Assembly (NCBI RefSeq): GCF_001194135.2
Contig: NC_068981.1
Coordinates: forward strand, 194,176,521 to 194,237,572
From: Octopus bimaculoides
Lineage: Eukaryota
Direction of reading: 5' to 3'
DNA: 61,052 nucleotides
In this document: in pieces, positions 24,136 through 37,148 of the stretch
Layout of the letters: every line of letters starts with the position of its first letter
Position numbering within the stretch: the stretch's first letter is position 1
Position numbers and translations under genes: made by a program
Notes under the pieces: model-generated
The model's database searches: none
Told to the model about the DNA's origin: nothing
The model's input: the letters and a program-made list of their open reading frames with translations, nothing else

Positions 24136-25960
24136 AAAAGGGGATGACGACGGGGATTGATGATCATATCCAACGCTTCCTTTTTTTTTTTTTTTTTTTT
24201 TTTTTGTTCAAGACGGTAGGGTTATGGAACGAACAAGGTGGGGTTTGCCTGCTATTTCTAGCCGGTCGAGCGACCGCGCAGACGACGCTCCCTGGTCGGC
24301 AGCCACGACATAGAAAGAAATAGAGGCACAGACGATGCAAGGGAAAAGGGGTGAGATACATGTTTGATGCATTAGGGGTGCAGTGTGCAGCAGCGATAGT
24401 GCAGCCGTGAATGCCAAATGTGTTTACCGATGCAGTGAAGCAATGACAACATTAGCATAATGTGTCATCAAAAACTGTTTTTATTGTCGGACCATTTCTA
24501 GTGAATAGGGACACCATGATATCCCTCCTCCCATCCCCCCCCTCTCTCTCTCTCTCACACACACACACCACCACCACCGTCACTGCTATGGTGGCAACAT
24601 ATGATTTATTAAGTGAGTCTGTTGTCACGATGTCACATTTATGGTAAATGGCGACAATTAATTAAGTCGACGTCCTCCTATTGAGAAAGGCTTCAATCCG
24701 TCGCAGAATATAATGGCGTTTTCGATAAGGCCGCCACCACCATCGCCGTCCCCTCTGAAATGTGTGTGTGTGTCAAATGGCGTTTCGTCGGTCGCAACGA
24801 TGACTGTTCTAGTTAGATCCGATCAACGGAAGAGCGTGCTCAAGGAATTAATGTGCAAGAAGAGGCTGAGCACTTCACAGACACGAGTAAGTGTAACGTG
24901 GTTGTCAAGGAGATTCGGCGTGACACAGAACGTGTGACGACGAGGTCAGCTGTTTGAAATACACAAGGGGCTGTTCATTTTTTTTTTTTTTTTACCAGCT
25001 GAGTGGACTAGAATAATGTGGGAATAAAGTGTCTTGCTGAAGGACAACAATGTGCGCCCAGAAACCGAACCTTACAATCGAACACCACAAAGCCATGTGC
25101 CGTCACATNNNNNNNNNNNNNNNNNNNNNNNNNNNNNNNNNNNNNNNNNNNNNNNNNNNNNNNNNNNNNNNNNNNNNNNNNNNNNNNNNNNNNNNNNNNN
25201 NNNNNNNNNNNNNNNNNNNNNNNNNNNNNNNNNNNNNNNNNNNNNNNNNNNNNNNNNNNNNNNNNNNNNNNNNNNNNNNNNNNNNNNNNNNNNNNNNNNN
25301 NNNNNNNNNNNNNNNNNNNNNNNNNNNNNNNNNNNNNNNNNNNNNNNNNNNNNNNNNNNNNNNNNNNNNNNNNNNNNNNNNNNNNNNNNNNNNNNNNNNN
25401 NNNNNNNNNNNNNNNNNNNNNNNNNNNNNNNNNNNNNNNNNNNNNNNNNNNNNNNNNNNNNNNNNNNNNNNNNNNNNNNNNNNNNNNNNNNNNNNNNNNN
25501 NNNNNNNNNNNNNNNNNNNNNNNNNNNNNNNNNNNNNNNNNNNNNNNNNNNNNNNNNNNNNNNNNNNNNNNNNNNNNNNNNNNNNNNNNNNNNNNNNNNN
25601 NNNNNNNNNNNNNNNNNNNNNNNNNNNNNNNNNNNNNNNNNNNNNNNNNNNNNNNNNNNNNNNNNNNNNNNNNNNNNNNNNNNNNNNNNNNNNNNNNNNN
25701 NNNNNNNNNNNNNNNNNNNNNNNNNNNNNNNNNNNNNNNNNNNNNNNNNNNNNNNNNNNNNNNNNNNNNNNNNNNNNNNNNNNNNNNNNNNNNNNNNNNN
25801 NNNNNNNNNNNNNNNNNNNNNNNNNNNNNNNNNNNNNNNNNNNNNNNNNNNNNNNNNNNNNNNNNNNNNNNNNNNNNNNNNNNNNNNNNNNNNNNNNNNN
25901 NNNNNNNNNNNNNNNNNNNNNNNNNNNNNNNNNNNNNNNNNNNNNNNNNNNNNNNNNNNN

Positions 25961-26275
25961 NACAAACAGTAAAACAAGGCGCTACTGCGTAATACCAAAT
26001 ATTCCAACATCGCCATCATGATAAAGATACTGCAACAACTTGGGTTCCAAGGACCCACAGCTTTTCAATATCCTGCCATAAGGCGTAAGAGACCTACATG
26101 CGATGGATGTAGGTATCTTCAAAACAAAATTGGATCTCCTCCTGTTCAAGAGTTACGGATGAGACTACCTCGCGGCGGGAAACGCAGATGAGAGCAGCAG
26201 CAGCAAACACCATCAGTCACTAAATACCACATATCGGAGGAGGTTTCAAGCAATGAAGGTCCAACAAAGCTAACG
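25961..26275 (+). mobile_element. CR1-clade LINE 3' end
   Basis: GFQGPQLFNILP*GVRDLHAMDVGIFKTKLDLLL...RAAAANTI, resembling the CR1 C-terminus; begins at a gap. Confidence 0.7.
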
Positions 26276-27507
26276 GCAGTGCCCCGCCGCTCTCAGCTGA
26301 TACTAATCAAAGACACGTGTGTGTGAGAGAGAGAGAAAGATATAGCACATTTGATCAAGGTATCTCGCATTAGAATTAAACAAAGAACAAAGTGATTGCG
26401 AACCGAACTTTTCTTTGATACATTTATGATTAGAGTCGTATTCTAGGCTAAATTTCGATACGAGTACCATACTTGTCAAAAAAACGCACGTGCATTTGTT
26501 TATGTTTCTTCTGAAGATCGTCACTTCCCGTAAAAGTTTTTTTGATATATGTGTGGGGTGGCGGGGAAAGAGATCTTTTGAAGTTGGCGTAAAAGCGAAA
26601 GAGACGGAGAGAGCGCGATTGGATCAGAGAAGTTCTTTTGAAGTCGGCGTGACGTGTGTGTGTGTGTTTGATGGGATGTGCGAGACGGAAAGTGCGGTGT
26701 GTGTGTGTGTGGTGCGATTTTTAGGGAGATATAGTTACTATTTCTGGCGGCCAGACATACCGCATAACGTCTCCTTCATTAGCTCAGGTTGTTTGTTGTT
26801 GCTGTTAATCCTGGTGAGTCACACCAGCAATGTAACACGTGTGAAATCAGACAATAAACTGGGAAAGGTATGTGGGGTGGGGGTGAAAGTGATAGTCGTG
26901 GTGGCGGTGGATGTGGTATGTTTAATAGCATGTTGGTTAAGGTAGAGTGAAGAGGGTGGAGAAGGTGTGTTGTTGTTGTTGGTGGTGGTGGTGTCTGTGG
27001 TGAGGGGATGTTAGTAATGTTACTGGTTGTGATGTTGTTTAACCCTAGCCCAACCTTGATCCAGTAAACCTATAACGAAGATCATCCAAGTCACCGCCAT
27101 TTTGTTTTTCTTAATCTCTTTTCTCAACTCCCTATATTAGTAGTAGTTTGGAAGCATGCGCAGTAACAGCTCGCCGCTGTATCCACCATTTGTTGGTGAT
27201 TCCCTACTCCTGACGTATGGCACCTTTGACATCACTCAGGCATTTAACCCTCCAACCTATGGGTCTGTTTTTGGGTAGTTGTTGCGCTTATGAGGTCGGA
27301 GTGCAGATCCTACCTCAAACTCTTTTTAGTCGCCTTTTACGACAGGCACAAGAAAAACGTTGGGCCTATTCTTTGATATGCCGATCCTCGCGCAGCACTA
27401 GAGCAACGGGAATCGAACCTACGATCTGGGGATCGTGAGTGCAACACCCCTAACCACTAGGTTACTCACTTTCCACAACTCCCTTTATTGGTGTTCATAT
27501 CTGAAAA

Positions 27508-27719
27508 GGCGGCGAGCTGGCAGAATCGTTAGCACACCGGGCGAAATGCTTAGCGGTATTTTGTCTGCCGCTACGTTCTGAGTTCACCTTCTGATGAGGT
27601 TAACTTTGCCTTTCATCCTTTCGGGGTCGATAAATTAAGTATCAGTTATGTACTGGGGTCAATGTGAACGACTGTCCCCCTCCCCAGAAAAACCAGGCCT
27701 TGTGCCTAGAGTAGAAGGA
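27508..27719 (+). mobile_element. SINE family B (alternative tail)
   Basis: GGCGGCGAGCTGGCAGAATCGTTAGC head; tail GGCCTTGTGCCTAGAGTAGAAG. Confidence 0.8.
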
Positions 27720-27919
27720 TTAATTAACAGCTGAGCTGGTTATTAAACATTTAAGTTGGGACAATTCAACCAATGAACAAACAGCTTTAATGCATGACAA
27801 ATAAACGGAAAAGCTGCACAGAACCATATGTACAACTCGCTCGAACATGTGTACATTAGTATGCACAAATAAACTTGTAGAAGATATACAACAGACGAAT
27901 TATGTCCCTGGAAGATATA

Positions 27920-28256
27920 CGAAGTCTGACCAAAAAGTATCTGGACCGTCGCTATGGTAACGGAGCTGAAGTACGCAGAATGAAGCCGCTTGATGCAGAC
28001 TGACCTTGAACTCTGTCACGCATGCACGCTAAGGTACAACGTTCTCGCTCAGTTCCGTTGTTTACAGCAGTGCTTGGGAGTGAAGTGTGTAGAGTTTGGT
28101 CGTCTCAAAAAAAGAAGATCAGGCTTCCCCAGAACAGGATCTCGTCGAGGACGACAGAAACTTTTTGAAAACGGTCATAACAGGCGGCGAACCGTGGGTC
28201 TGTGGGTATAACTCGGTAACCAAGGTTCAGTCTTCGCAGTGGCAGACCCGATTCCA
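27920..28256 (+). mobile_element. Internally deleted mariner relic
   Basis: TA|CGAAGTCTGACCAAAAAGTATCTGGAC TIR-like end; peptide DDRNFLKTVITGGEPWVCGYNSVTKVQSSQW matches the first-Asp region (ITGDEsW). Confidence 0.75.
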
Positions 28257-28317
28257 AAACTTTAATGGCAATGATCAAAGGTATTCCGGCCGCAGTTTAC
28301 ACTAGAAGTGGCTGTAT

Positions 28318-28480
28318 AGGCGCAATAGTGGCTGTGTGGTAAGTAGCTTGCTTACCAACCACATGGTTCCGGGTTCAGTCCCACTTCGTGGCATCTTGGG
28401 CAGGTGTCGTCTACTATAGCCACGAGCCGTCCAAAGCCTTGTGAGTGGATTTGGTAGACGGAAACTGAAAGAAGCCCGTC

Positions 28481-28524
<44 letters not shown>

Positions 28525-28757
28525 GTATGAATGTATGTGTGTGTATATGTTTGTGTGTCTGTGTTTGTCCCACCACCATCGCTTGACAACAGATGCTGGT
28601 GTGTTTACATCCCCGTAACTTAGCGGCTCGGTATAAGTGACCGATAGAATAAGTACTAGGCCTACAAAGAATAAGTCCTGGGATCGATTTGCTCGACTAA
28701 AGGCGGTGCCCCAGCATGGCCGCAGTCAAATGACAAACAAGTAAAAGAATAAAAGAG
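28318..28757 (+). mobile_element. SINE family A, full length
   Basis: Complete copy. Confidence 0.85.
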
Positions 28758-28834
28758 TAACCAACTCAGCTGTGAACAAAACAACCAGCCTCAGCAAAGG
28801 AGCTTCTACAAAGCTGCTCGACTCGCTAAATATA

Positions 28835-29058
28835 TTTATTTCTTTATCGCCCACAAGGGGCTAAACATAGAGGAGAAAAACAAGGACAGACAAAGGGATT
28901 AAGTTGATTAGATCGACTCCAGGACGTAACTGGTACTTAATTTATCGACCCCGAAAGGATGAAAGGCAAAGTTGACCTCGGCGGGATTTGAACTCAGAAC
29001 ACGAAGACAGACGAAATACCGTTAAGCATTTCGCCCGGCGTGCTAACGTTTCTGCCAG
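28835..29058 (-). mobile_element. SINE family B with TSD
   Basis: CTCGCTAAATATA repeated at 28822-28834 and 29059-29071. Confidence 0.85.
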
Positions 29059-29598
29059 CTCGCTAAATATAGCAACCAATACGTCCTTCCTTTTGTAAGA
29101 CAGTAGGGTGGGATGTAGAAAAAAAATTAGGTCACTATTTCTAGCAGATCGAGAAACCATTAATTTATAGAGGATTCCTGAGTCATCATCATCATCGTTT
29201 AACGTCCGCTGTCCATGCTGGCATGGGTTGAACGATTTGACTGAGGACTGGCGTTGTACTCTTGAGCAAAATACTTCATTTCACTTGCTTCGGTCCACTC
29301 AGCTGTAAATGAGTAAAAACTGATACTCCGTCGGTTACGACGACGTGTGTTCCAGTCGATTCGATCAACGGAACAGCCAGTGCTGCCTGACTGGCTCCCA
29401 TACCGGTGGCACATAAAAAGCACCATTCGAGCATGACTGATACCAGTGCCGCTTGACTGACACCCGTGTCGGTGGCACGTAAAAAGCACCCACTACACTC
29501 TCAGAGTGGTTGGCATAAGGAAGGGCATCCAGCTGTAGAAACCTTACCAGATCAGATTGAAACCTGGTGCAGCCTCCTGACTCACCAGTTCTCAGCCA

Positions 29599-30132
29599 GG
29601 ATCTTTTTTAAAACGAGGGCCACATTTTTCATTAATGTTTTACGTAGTGTTTTTGGTACCGAAAGACTTTCAAACTTCGTATACTTATCTATTTTGTGTT
29701 ATAGAACAGAAAAATATTTTTGTATTCGAATTTATTTCATGTAAAAAATTGTCTTATTTCGATAATTTCAACCAATCACTGACGTCCATTCAGCCGATAT
29801 ACATTAAGTGCCGACTACATAAACAAACGATTCTTCGTTTTATTTGCTTTTTTCATTTTAAATTTGCTTTAACCCTAACCGTAGGGTTAGGGCTAATTGT
29901 TTCAGAATCGTTTGTTTATGTAGTCGGCACTTAATGTATATCGGCTGAATGGACGTCAGCGATTGGTTGAAATTACAGAAATACGACAACTTTAACATGG
30001 AATAATTTATGGATTTCTTTTTTTTTAAGAAGACTACGAGAAAAAGATGTTTTATATGACACATTCTACCAGTGTTCCAAGTTTCAAAGTGTTTCGTTAA
30101 TGAAAAATGTGGCCCCCGTTTTAAAAAAATCC
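29599..30132. mobile_element. Merlin-like MITE family E inserted into a SINE C
   Basis: TIR GGAT..TTTTAAAACG.GGGCCACATTTTTCATTAA; exact 8-bp TSD CTCAGCCA (29591-29598, 30133-30140); central CCCTAA/TTAGGG palindrome. Confidence 0.85.
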
Positions 30133-30264
30133 CTCAGCCAAACCGTCCAACCCATACCAGCATGGAGAGCGGACGTTAAACGATGATGATGATGATGATG
30201 ATGTGTATTTGTTTTAAACCCTATGGACGCTGGGTTAAGTTGATAATTAACAACAACACATGAA

Positions 30265-30485
30265 CATTACGGTCTCCAGTCCTGGGACTCAGTTGGCTGA
30301 TCGTTCAGTTTCCATGACATATATAAGTGACCGAGATCAAAGCATTCCCCCCGATCGGACGGCTTGTCCATCAGAAAGAGGGTCACCCATTTATAGGTGA
30401 GTGGAGTGGAGCAACGTGAAACGAAGTGTTTTCCTCGAGAACACAGCGCATCGCTTGGACGAGGATTTTGCGATCGTGAGAGCAG
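30265..30485 (-). mobile_element. Degenerate CORE-type SINE (further family)
   Basis: Minus strand CACTTCGTTTCACGTTGCTCCACTCCACTCACCTATAAATGGG; related pieces at about 18400-18560, 24990-25100 and 29255-29320. Confidence 0.5.
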
Positions 30486-30981
30486 GATGAGGATTTTGCA
30501 ATGGTGAGAGCAACACTGCAACTACAGACCCGTGCACCTTCACAACATCAATACAATGAAGATGAAAATTTAGAGGTCCAGACCAATGATGTTTGCACTA
30601 TTGTCTCAACCAGAAATATTTCCTTTTTTGGTAATATTTGGAGACAAAGTAATCTCATGCTATATTGTCTCTGATAAAGTGGTGGCAATCAGGTCAGTGT
30701 TGCTAATTAGTATCGCGACGAGTGTAAATAATTACAATATTCATCAGTAACTTTACACCAAAGTTATTCAATGACAGCGACATCTGGCTGGAAGAAATGT
30801 TGAGCTAGAATTTCAAAACAATCAGCGACAGAAATAATTCATGGTTATACGTGTGAGTGTGGTAGCCTATTTCATATACTCGCTCGGTCTGGTAGAAATA
30901 GTAGCCAAATAACCCCCCAAACCACACCCTATTTATAGGAAGGACACATAAGACAATGTTCTAGATATGCTCGTAAGTTTA

Positions 30982-31502
30982 CTCTTTTACTGGTTTCAGT
31001 ATATCTGACTGCGGCCATACTGGAGCACCGCTTTTAGTCGAGCAAATCGACCCCAGGACTTATTCTTTGTAAGCCTAGTACTTATTCTACCGGTCTGTTT
31101 TGCCGAACCGCTAAGTTACGGGGACGTAAACACACCAGCTTCAGTTGTCAAGCAATGCTAGGGGGACAAACATATACAGACGCATATATATATATATATA
31201 TATATATATANNNNNNNNNNNNNNNNNNNNNNNNNNNNNNNNNNNNNNNNNNNNNNNNNNNNNNNNNNNNNNNNNNNNNNNNNNNNNNNNNNNNNNNNNN
31301 NNNNNNNNNNNNNNNNNNNNNNNNNNNNNNNNNNNNNNNNNNNNNNNNNNNNNNNNNNNNNNNNNNNNNNNNNNNNNNNNNNNNNNNNNNNNNNNNNNNN
31401 NNNNNNNNNNNNNNNNNNNNNNNNNNNNNNNNNNNNNNNNNNNNNNNNNNNNNNNNNNNNNNNNNNNNNNNNNNNNNNNNNAGCTACTTACCACACAGCC
31501 AC
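30982..31502 (-). mobile_element. SINE family A spanning a gap
   Basis: Tail and head on either side of the N run that replaces the microsatellite. Confidence 0.75.
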
Positions 31503-31829
31503 TCTTAGTGTAAGCTGCGGCCGGAATACCTTCGATCATTGCCATTGAAGTCAGTTACCGAGGTTCTCCGTTTAGTGCGCTCACTATCGTAGCTGGGGGG
31601 GGGGCGATCCGCTCCGCCAAGCGGCACATTAAAGTGACACCACTTTTGGGTCTGCTGTAGGCAATGTTTTTTTTGTGGGGTCCGGGACCGGCAAACAGAA
31701 TGTGGTAGCAGTGATGGTAAAGGTGTGGCTATTTGTGGTGGTGGTGGGAGGGATGGCGATAGTGATGGTAAGAGGAGGTAATGGGTGTTGTGCCGGGGGT
31801 AATTAGTATTGGCAGTGAGTGCGCTATTT

Positions 31830-32045
31830 CTTGCCGAAGAAAGATAGGTCTGGAACGCAGACAACTCAAGAAAGCCATCAAGGAAATGGGCAGGGCAACT
31901 GAAACTCGCCCAAGATGGCAGTGAGAGCGAGAACCCTCCCGTAGGTGAACACAACCTCAGTCCTCGCTGCCTCACTCAGGTGAAGCAAACAGGCTAAGGG
32001 GAGGGGGAGGGGTGCTTGCAACCTTGAGATACCTGCTGACGATAG
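31830..32045 (+). mobile_element. 3' end of a restriction-like-endonuclease LINE (HERO/R2-superfamily-like)
   Basis: KIGLERRQLKKAIKEMGRATETRPRWQ*EREPS resembles, from memory, the REL LINE C-terminus (LGI.G..R..AIK.IG.AAE.ASRWLW.RR). Confidence 0.45.
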
Positions 32046-32054
32046 AGACGGGCT

Positions 32055-32430
32055 GGGTCTATTTTAAAACGGGGGCCACATTTTTCATTAATGTTTTACG
32101 TAGTGTTTTTGGTACCGAAAGACTTTCAAACTTCGTATACTTATCTATTTTGTGTTATAGAACAGAAAAATATTTTTGTATTCCAATTTATTTCATGTAA
32201 AAAATTGTCTTATTTCGATAATTTCAACCAATCACTGACAAGTATTCAGTTGTTTACATTTACTCCTTTGGCTGATTAAGCGGTGTAAAGCGTATTTAAT
32301 CTCCATACCTTCGTTTTATTTGCTTTTTTCATTTTAAATTTGCTTTAACCCTAACCCTAAGGTTAGGGTTAGGGTTAATTGTTTCAGAATCGTTTGTTTA
32401 TGTAGTCGGCACTTAATGTATATCGGCTGA
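32055..32430. mobile_element. Merlin-like MITE family E, truncated by a gap
   Basis: TIR GGGTCTATTTTAAAACGGGGGCCAC; near-identical to the other E copies; includes (CCCTAA)2-(TTAGGG)2. Confidence 0.8.
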
Positions 32431-33819
32431 NNNNNNNNNNNNNNNNNNNNNNNNNNNNNNNNNNNNNNNNNNNNNNNNNNNNNNNNNNNNNNNNNNNNNN
32501 NNNNNNNNNNNNNNNNNNNNNNNNNNNNNNNNNNNNNNNNNNNNNNNNNNNNNNNNNNNNNNNNNNNNNNNNNNNNNNNNNNNNNNNNNNNNNNNNNNNN
32601 NNNNNNNNNNNNNNNNNNNNNNNNNNNNNNNNNNNNNNNNNNNNNNNNNNNNNNNNNNNNNNNNNNNNNNNNNNNNNNNNNNNNNNNNNNNNNNNNNNNN
32701 NNNNNNNNNNNNNNNNNNNNNNNNNNNNNNNNNNNNNNNNNNNNNNNNNNNNNNNNNNNNNNNNNNNNNNNNNNNNNNNNNNNNNNNNNNNNNNNNNNNN
32801 NNNNNNNNNNNNNNNNNNNNNNNNNNNNNNNNNNNNNNNNNNNNNNNNNNNNNNNNNNNNNNNNNNNNNNNNNNNNNNNNNNNNNNNNNNNNNNNNNNNN
32901 NNNNNNNNNNNNNNNNNNNNNNNNNNNNNNNNNNNNNNNNNNNNNNNNNNNNNNNNNNNNNNNNNNNNNNNNNNNNNNNNNNNNNNNNNNNNNNNNNNNN
33001 NNNNNNNNNNNNNNNNNNNNNNNNNNNNNNNNNNNNNNNNNNNNNNNNNNNNNNNNNNNNNNNNNNNNNNNNNNNNNNNNNNNNNNNNNNNNNNNNNNNN
33101 NNNNNNNNNNNNNNNNNNNNNNNNNNNNNNNNNNNNNNNNNNNNNNNNNNNNNNNNNNNNNNNNNNNNNNNNNNNNNNNNNNNNNNNNNNNNNNNNNNNN
33201 NNNNNNNNNNNGCCAATGATAGTGGTGGTGGTTGTTTTTGTAGTCGTCATAGTATTAGTAGTAGTAGTAATAGTAGTAGCAACAGCAGCAGTGGTGGTGG
33301 TGGTGGTGGTGGTGGTGGGAGGGGGTAGATAACATATCCAGACAACAGACTCGAAACCGTTTAATCTCAAGTAAATGTCTGTAGTTGAAATGTCAAGTTG
33401 ACCCCAGCCAGATTTGAACTCAAACACTGAAGTATCACTGCCTGCTGTTTTACCGCGACGACTGCAGTGAACAGAGCAGAGATAAAGCTTTCCTACATCT
33501 GTATAGTGGATATGTAACCATGGGGACGATGATGGTAGTGGGGGGGCTAATCACGAAGGTGGTGGTAGTGGTGGTGGAGGTAAGAGCAGGAGCTAATCAT
33601 AGTAATGGTGGCAGGAGGTGCGCTGGTGGTTGAGGTGACATTAAATTGTGGTGGTTGTGGTGGTAGTTGTGCTTGTGGTAAAAGTTGAGGTAACGGTGAT
33701 GGTAAAGGCGTGGCTATTTGTGGTGGTGATGGCGGCGGTAGGAGGTAATGGTGTTGTGGTGGGGGGTAATTAGTATTAGTTGTGGTGGCGCTGGTGGTAG
33801 TGACATGGTGACTGTAAGT

Positions 33820-34050
33820 GTTTGAACCCCGGGTCAGTCCTGGATCAAGCTGATCTAAGATTTTAAAAAAACAAAAAACATCCCGGCCATGACCATCCCG
33901 TCTTATTCTAAATGTGTATGCAGCGAACCCGGGACGTTATTTCTAATCCAATATGTCCGTTTTGTATTTAAGACGGTGATGAGTTGATAGAAATTTAGCT
34001 GCTATTTCTAGCTGATCAAAGACTCCCATTAGAGACTCCTTCGTTAGCCC
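33820..34050. mobile_element. Unclassified interspersed repeat
   Basis: GGCCATGACCATCCCGTC and TTAGCTGCTATTTCTAGC motifs; related pieces at about 490-600, 2470-2560, 3800-3850, 27040-27110 and 40630-40680. Confidence 0.45.
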
Positions 34051-34489
34051 TCAAGTGACAGGTTGCGTGGGCGGTAGTGGGGGGGGGCGTAGTTACGCTC
34101 AGTTGTTCTTGACCTGCAGGACTTGGAGAGCACAGCTACTACTACTACTACTACTACTATTACAAAGACTGTCGCCATCTCTATCACCACCACAACCACC
34201 CACTCAGCTGCGCCTAAGTCCTCACCATCACCACCTCAACTACCTCCGCCACAACCACAACCGTCACCATTCTATTACAGCCAATCATTTCAATAGGGGA
34301 GCTTCTCTCTTTGTCAGTCAGTCAACCAACTCCCTCGACAAACTCTGTCCCCTTTTTTTAAATATAAAATGGTTGAAACCACGTGTTTTATGACGACATG
34401 TGTCCCACATAATGTCGACATGACCAGATTGCTAACCAGCCAAATCCCGTCAAAACTACGGCGTGTGTATATGTATACTATGGATATTT

Positions 34490-34662
34490 TTTATTCTTTT
34501 ATTTGTTTTAGTAATTTGACTGCGGCCATGCTGGAGCACCGCCTTTAGTCGAACAAATCCACCCAGGGACTTATACTCTGTTACGTCCGCTAAGTTACGC
34601 GGACGTAAATACACCAACACCGGTAGTCAGGCGATGGTGGGAGGACAAACACAGACAAACAT

Positions 34663-34695
<33 letters not shown>

Positions 34696-34830
34696 CGACG
34701 GGCTTCTTTCAGTTTCCGTCTACCAAATCCACTCACAAGGCTTTGGTTGGCCCAAGGCTATAGAAGACACCTGCCCAAGGTGCCACGCAGTAGGACTGAA
34801 CCCGGAACCATGTGGTTGGGAAGCAAGCTT

Positions 34831-34835
<5 letters not shown>
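34490..34835 (-). mobile_element. SINE family A
   Basis: Near-complete reverse copy. Confidence 0.8.
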
Positions 34836-34865
<30 letters not shown>

Positions 34866-35559
34866 TTCGCTTGTTTCAGCCATTAGACTGCGGCCATGCT
34901 GGATCACCGCCTTGAAGAATTTTAGTTGAATGAATGAACCCCCCAGTATTTATTTATTTATATTATTATTATTTTGTAAAGCCTGGTATTTATTCGATTG
35001 GTCGTCTTTAGGTGAATCACCAAGTTACGCTAAGTGTGTGTGTGTGTGTGTGTTCCCCACCACCGCTTGATAACTGCTGTTGGTGTGTTTACGTCCCCGT
35101 AAAAATGATCAGAACAAAGGATTAAAGAATAGTTCCTGGGGTCGATTCGTTCAGCTAAAAATTTTTGATGGCGGTGTGCTCCAGCATGACCGCAGTCTTA
35201 CCACCGAAACAAGTAAAAGATAGAAAGATAAGTTGACAGCTTACAAGCGCGCACCTGACTGTGTGTACACAGCTGATAGCGTGTTCGTGTGTGTGTGTGT
35301 ATGTGCATTTTTGTTTATATGTTTTTTTTTAATTTGACCTGGAGTTGACAAGCCCTTGGAGTTCTATGAGGGCGATAAGCTGATAATTGCAAGAAAACCA
35401 TGAGCTGGAGAGAGAATTGGCTCAACCTGTTAAAAGGAGGCAACAACACACACCAACATTACTTCATTCTGAAGATATGACAGTGAAAGTCTAGAGACGT
35501 TGAAAGATCTAGTAATTTTACTGCTTCGAGCATAGTACAAATAACTTTTAGCGCAGCTT

Positions 35560-35860
35560 GTGATCCTATATTCTTCAACTGTTCTTGATGTCAGGACTCT
35601 CTGGCGAGATTCTGGGAAGGACTGAGTATTAAGGGCTTTACCAATGGGCACAGTGCTGCACACGATATGGTAAATAAAAGAAGACACGAGGAGTGTTGAT
35701 ATTGGATGAATGGAGGTGGTATGAGATTAACCAGCTCTGAAGAGCAGAAGCTATTATAGTAGAAGTAGAAAAACCAGGGAGAAGGGACAGCACCGTCTAT
35801 GGGTGAGAAGTTGTAGTAACGGCGCCATCCCAAAGCTGGAAGCAGTAGTACTCTCTCGTT
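35560..35860 (-). mobile_element. CR1/Jockey-group LINE 3' fragment
   Basis: FFYFYYNSFCSSELVNLIPPPF and (other frame) ALNTQSFPESRQR resemble LFYRYY..CSSEL..L.P...SFFPRT.RLWN. Confidence 0.55.
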
Positions 35861-36136
35861 ATGAGCTGGGGTGAGAATTGGCTCAACCAGCTATAAGGAG
35901 GCAACAATACACACCAACATCACTCTGAAGATGTGACAGTGAAAGTCTGATGAAGGTTCTAGTAATTGTACTGCTTCAAGCATAGTACAAATAACTTTTG
36001 TAAAGGGTTGATAATTATTAGAGTTGGGGCACAAGTTTTTGTCTGGATCTAAAGAAAAAGGTTCACTCCAAGCGATTTAGTCTTTGTTGAATCGAGGATG
36101 TGCAAGAAGCAGCTTTTCTTTTCCTAGACGTTATAT

Positions 36137-36409
36137 CAATGGTTCTCAAAGTGGGCGGTGTTGCCTCCCACCTCCAGGGGCAGTGGAAAGTTCCAAGGGG
36201 CGTTCAAGAAAAGTGGGGCGATAGTGGGGTAGCGATTCATGTAAAAACAACAAAATAATGGGTTCTTTAGGTTTATTCGTGAAATACAGCTGCTTTGAAT
36301 TTGCTTCAGAAACAAGTCTATGTTTGTGATGGTTAGTTGGGGTGGCGGCGCAAGGAATGTGGCCTAGGTGTCAAGGGGGTGGCAGCCAAAAAAAGGTTGG
36401 GAACCACTG
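36137..36409. mobile_element. hAT-type MITE
   Basis: TIR CAATGGTTCTCAAAGT / AGGTTGGGAACCACTG; 8-bp TSD CGTTATAT / CGCTATAT. Confidence 0.8.
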
Positions 36410-36518
36410 CGCTATATCAACGACCGTGGTCTGGTTTCACACTTCATCTCTGGTTTGTCTATTACTATAAGTGTACCACTTATACTGTTCTCATTGTTCC
36501 CTGTGGACAGGCCCTCTC

Positions 36519-37148
36519 GGATCTTGTTCAAAACGGGGGCACCAGTATTTTCTTAACGAAACACTTTGAAACTTGGGACACTGGTAGAATGTGTCATATA
36601 AAACATCTTTTTCTCTTAGTCTTCTTAACAAAAAAACGTACATCGCAAGTTATTACATGTTAAAGTTGTCGTATTTCTGTAATTTCAACCAATCACTGAC
36701 GTCTATTCAGCTGAATAGAGTTACTGTTTGCCGGTCATAAAAATGTTATTCCCTGTGACATATTTCATCCGGTTTAATCGTAATTTGTACGCATATATTG
36801 TTTATATAATAAATTACGCTGTGCGTAATTATGTGTGTAACAATTTTAGAGTTCGGATTCTAGAATTAGGGTTAACAGTCTAGTTAATCGGAAATGTCAG
36901 AACTAACGGGGATTAATACGATATACACCGTTACAGCGCTAACTGTTTTCAACTGAATAGACGTCAGTGATTAGTAGAAATTATCGAAATAAGACAATTT
37001 TTTACATGAAATAACTTCGAATACAAAAAAGTTTTTCTGTTCTATAACACAAAATAGATAAGTATACGAAGTTTGAAAGTCTTTCGGTACCAAAAACACT
37101 ACATAAAAACATAAATGAAATCTGGTGCCCCCGTTTTGAACAAGATCC
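36519..37148. mobile_element. Merlin-like MITE family E, variant subfamily
   Basis: TIR GGATCTTGTTCAAAACGGGGGCACCAG; exact 8-bp TSD GCCCTCTC; the outer ~200 bp on each side match E but the centre differs. Confidence 0.85.
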
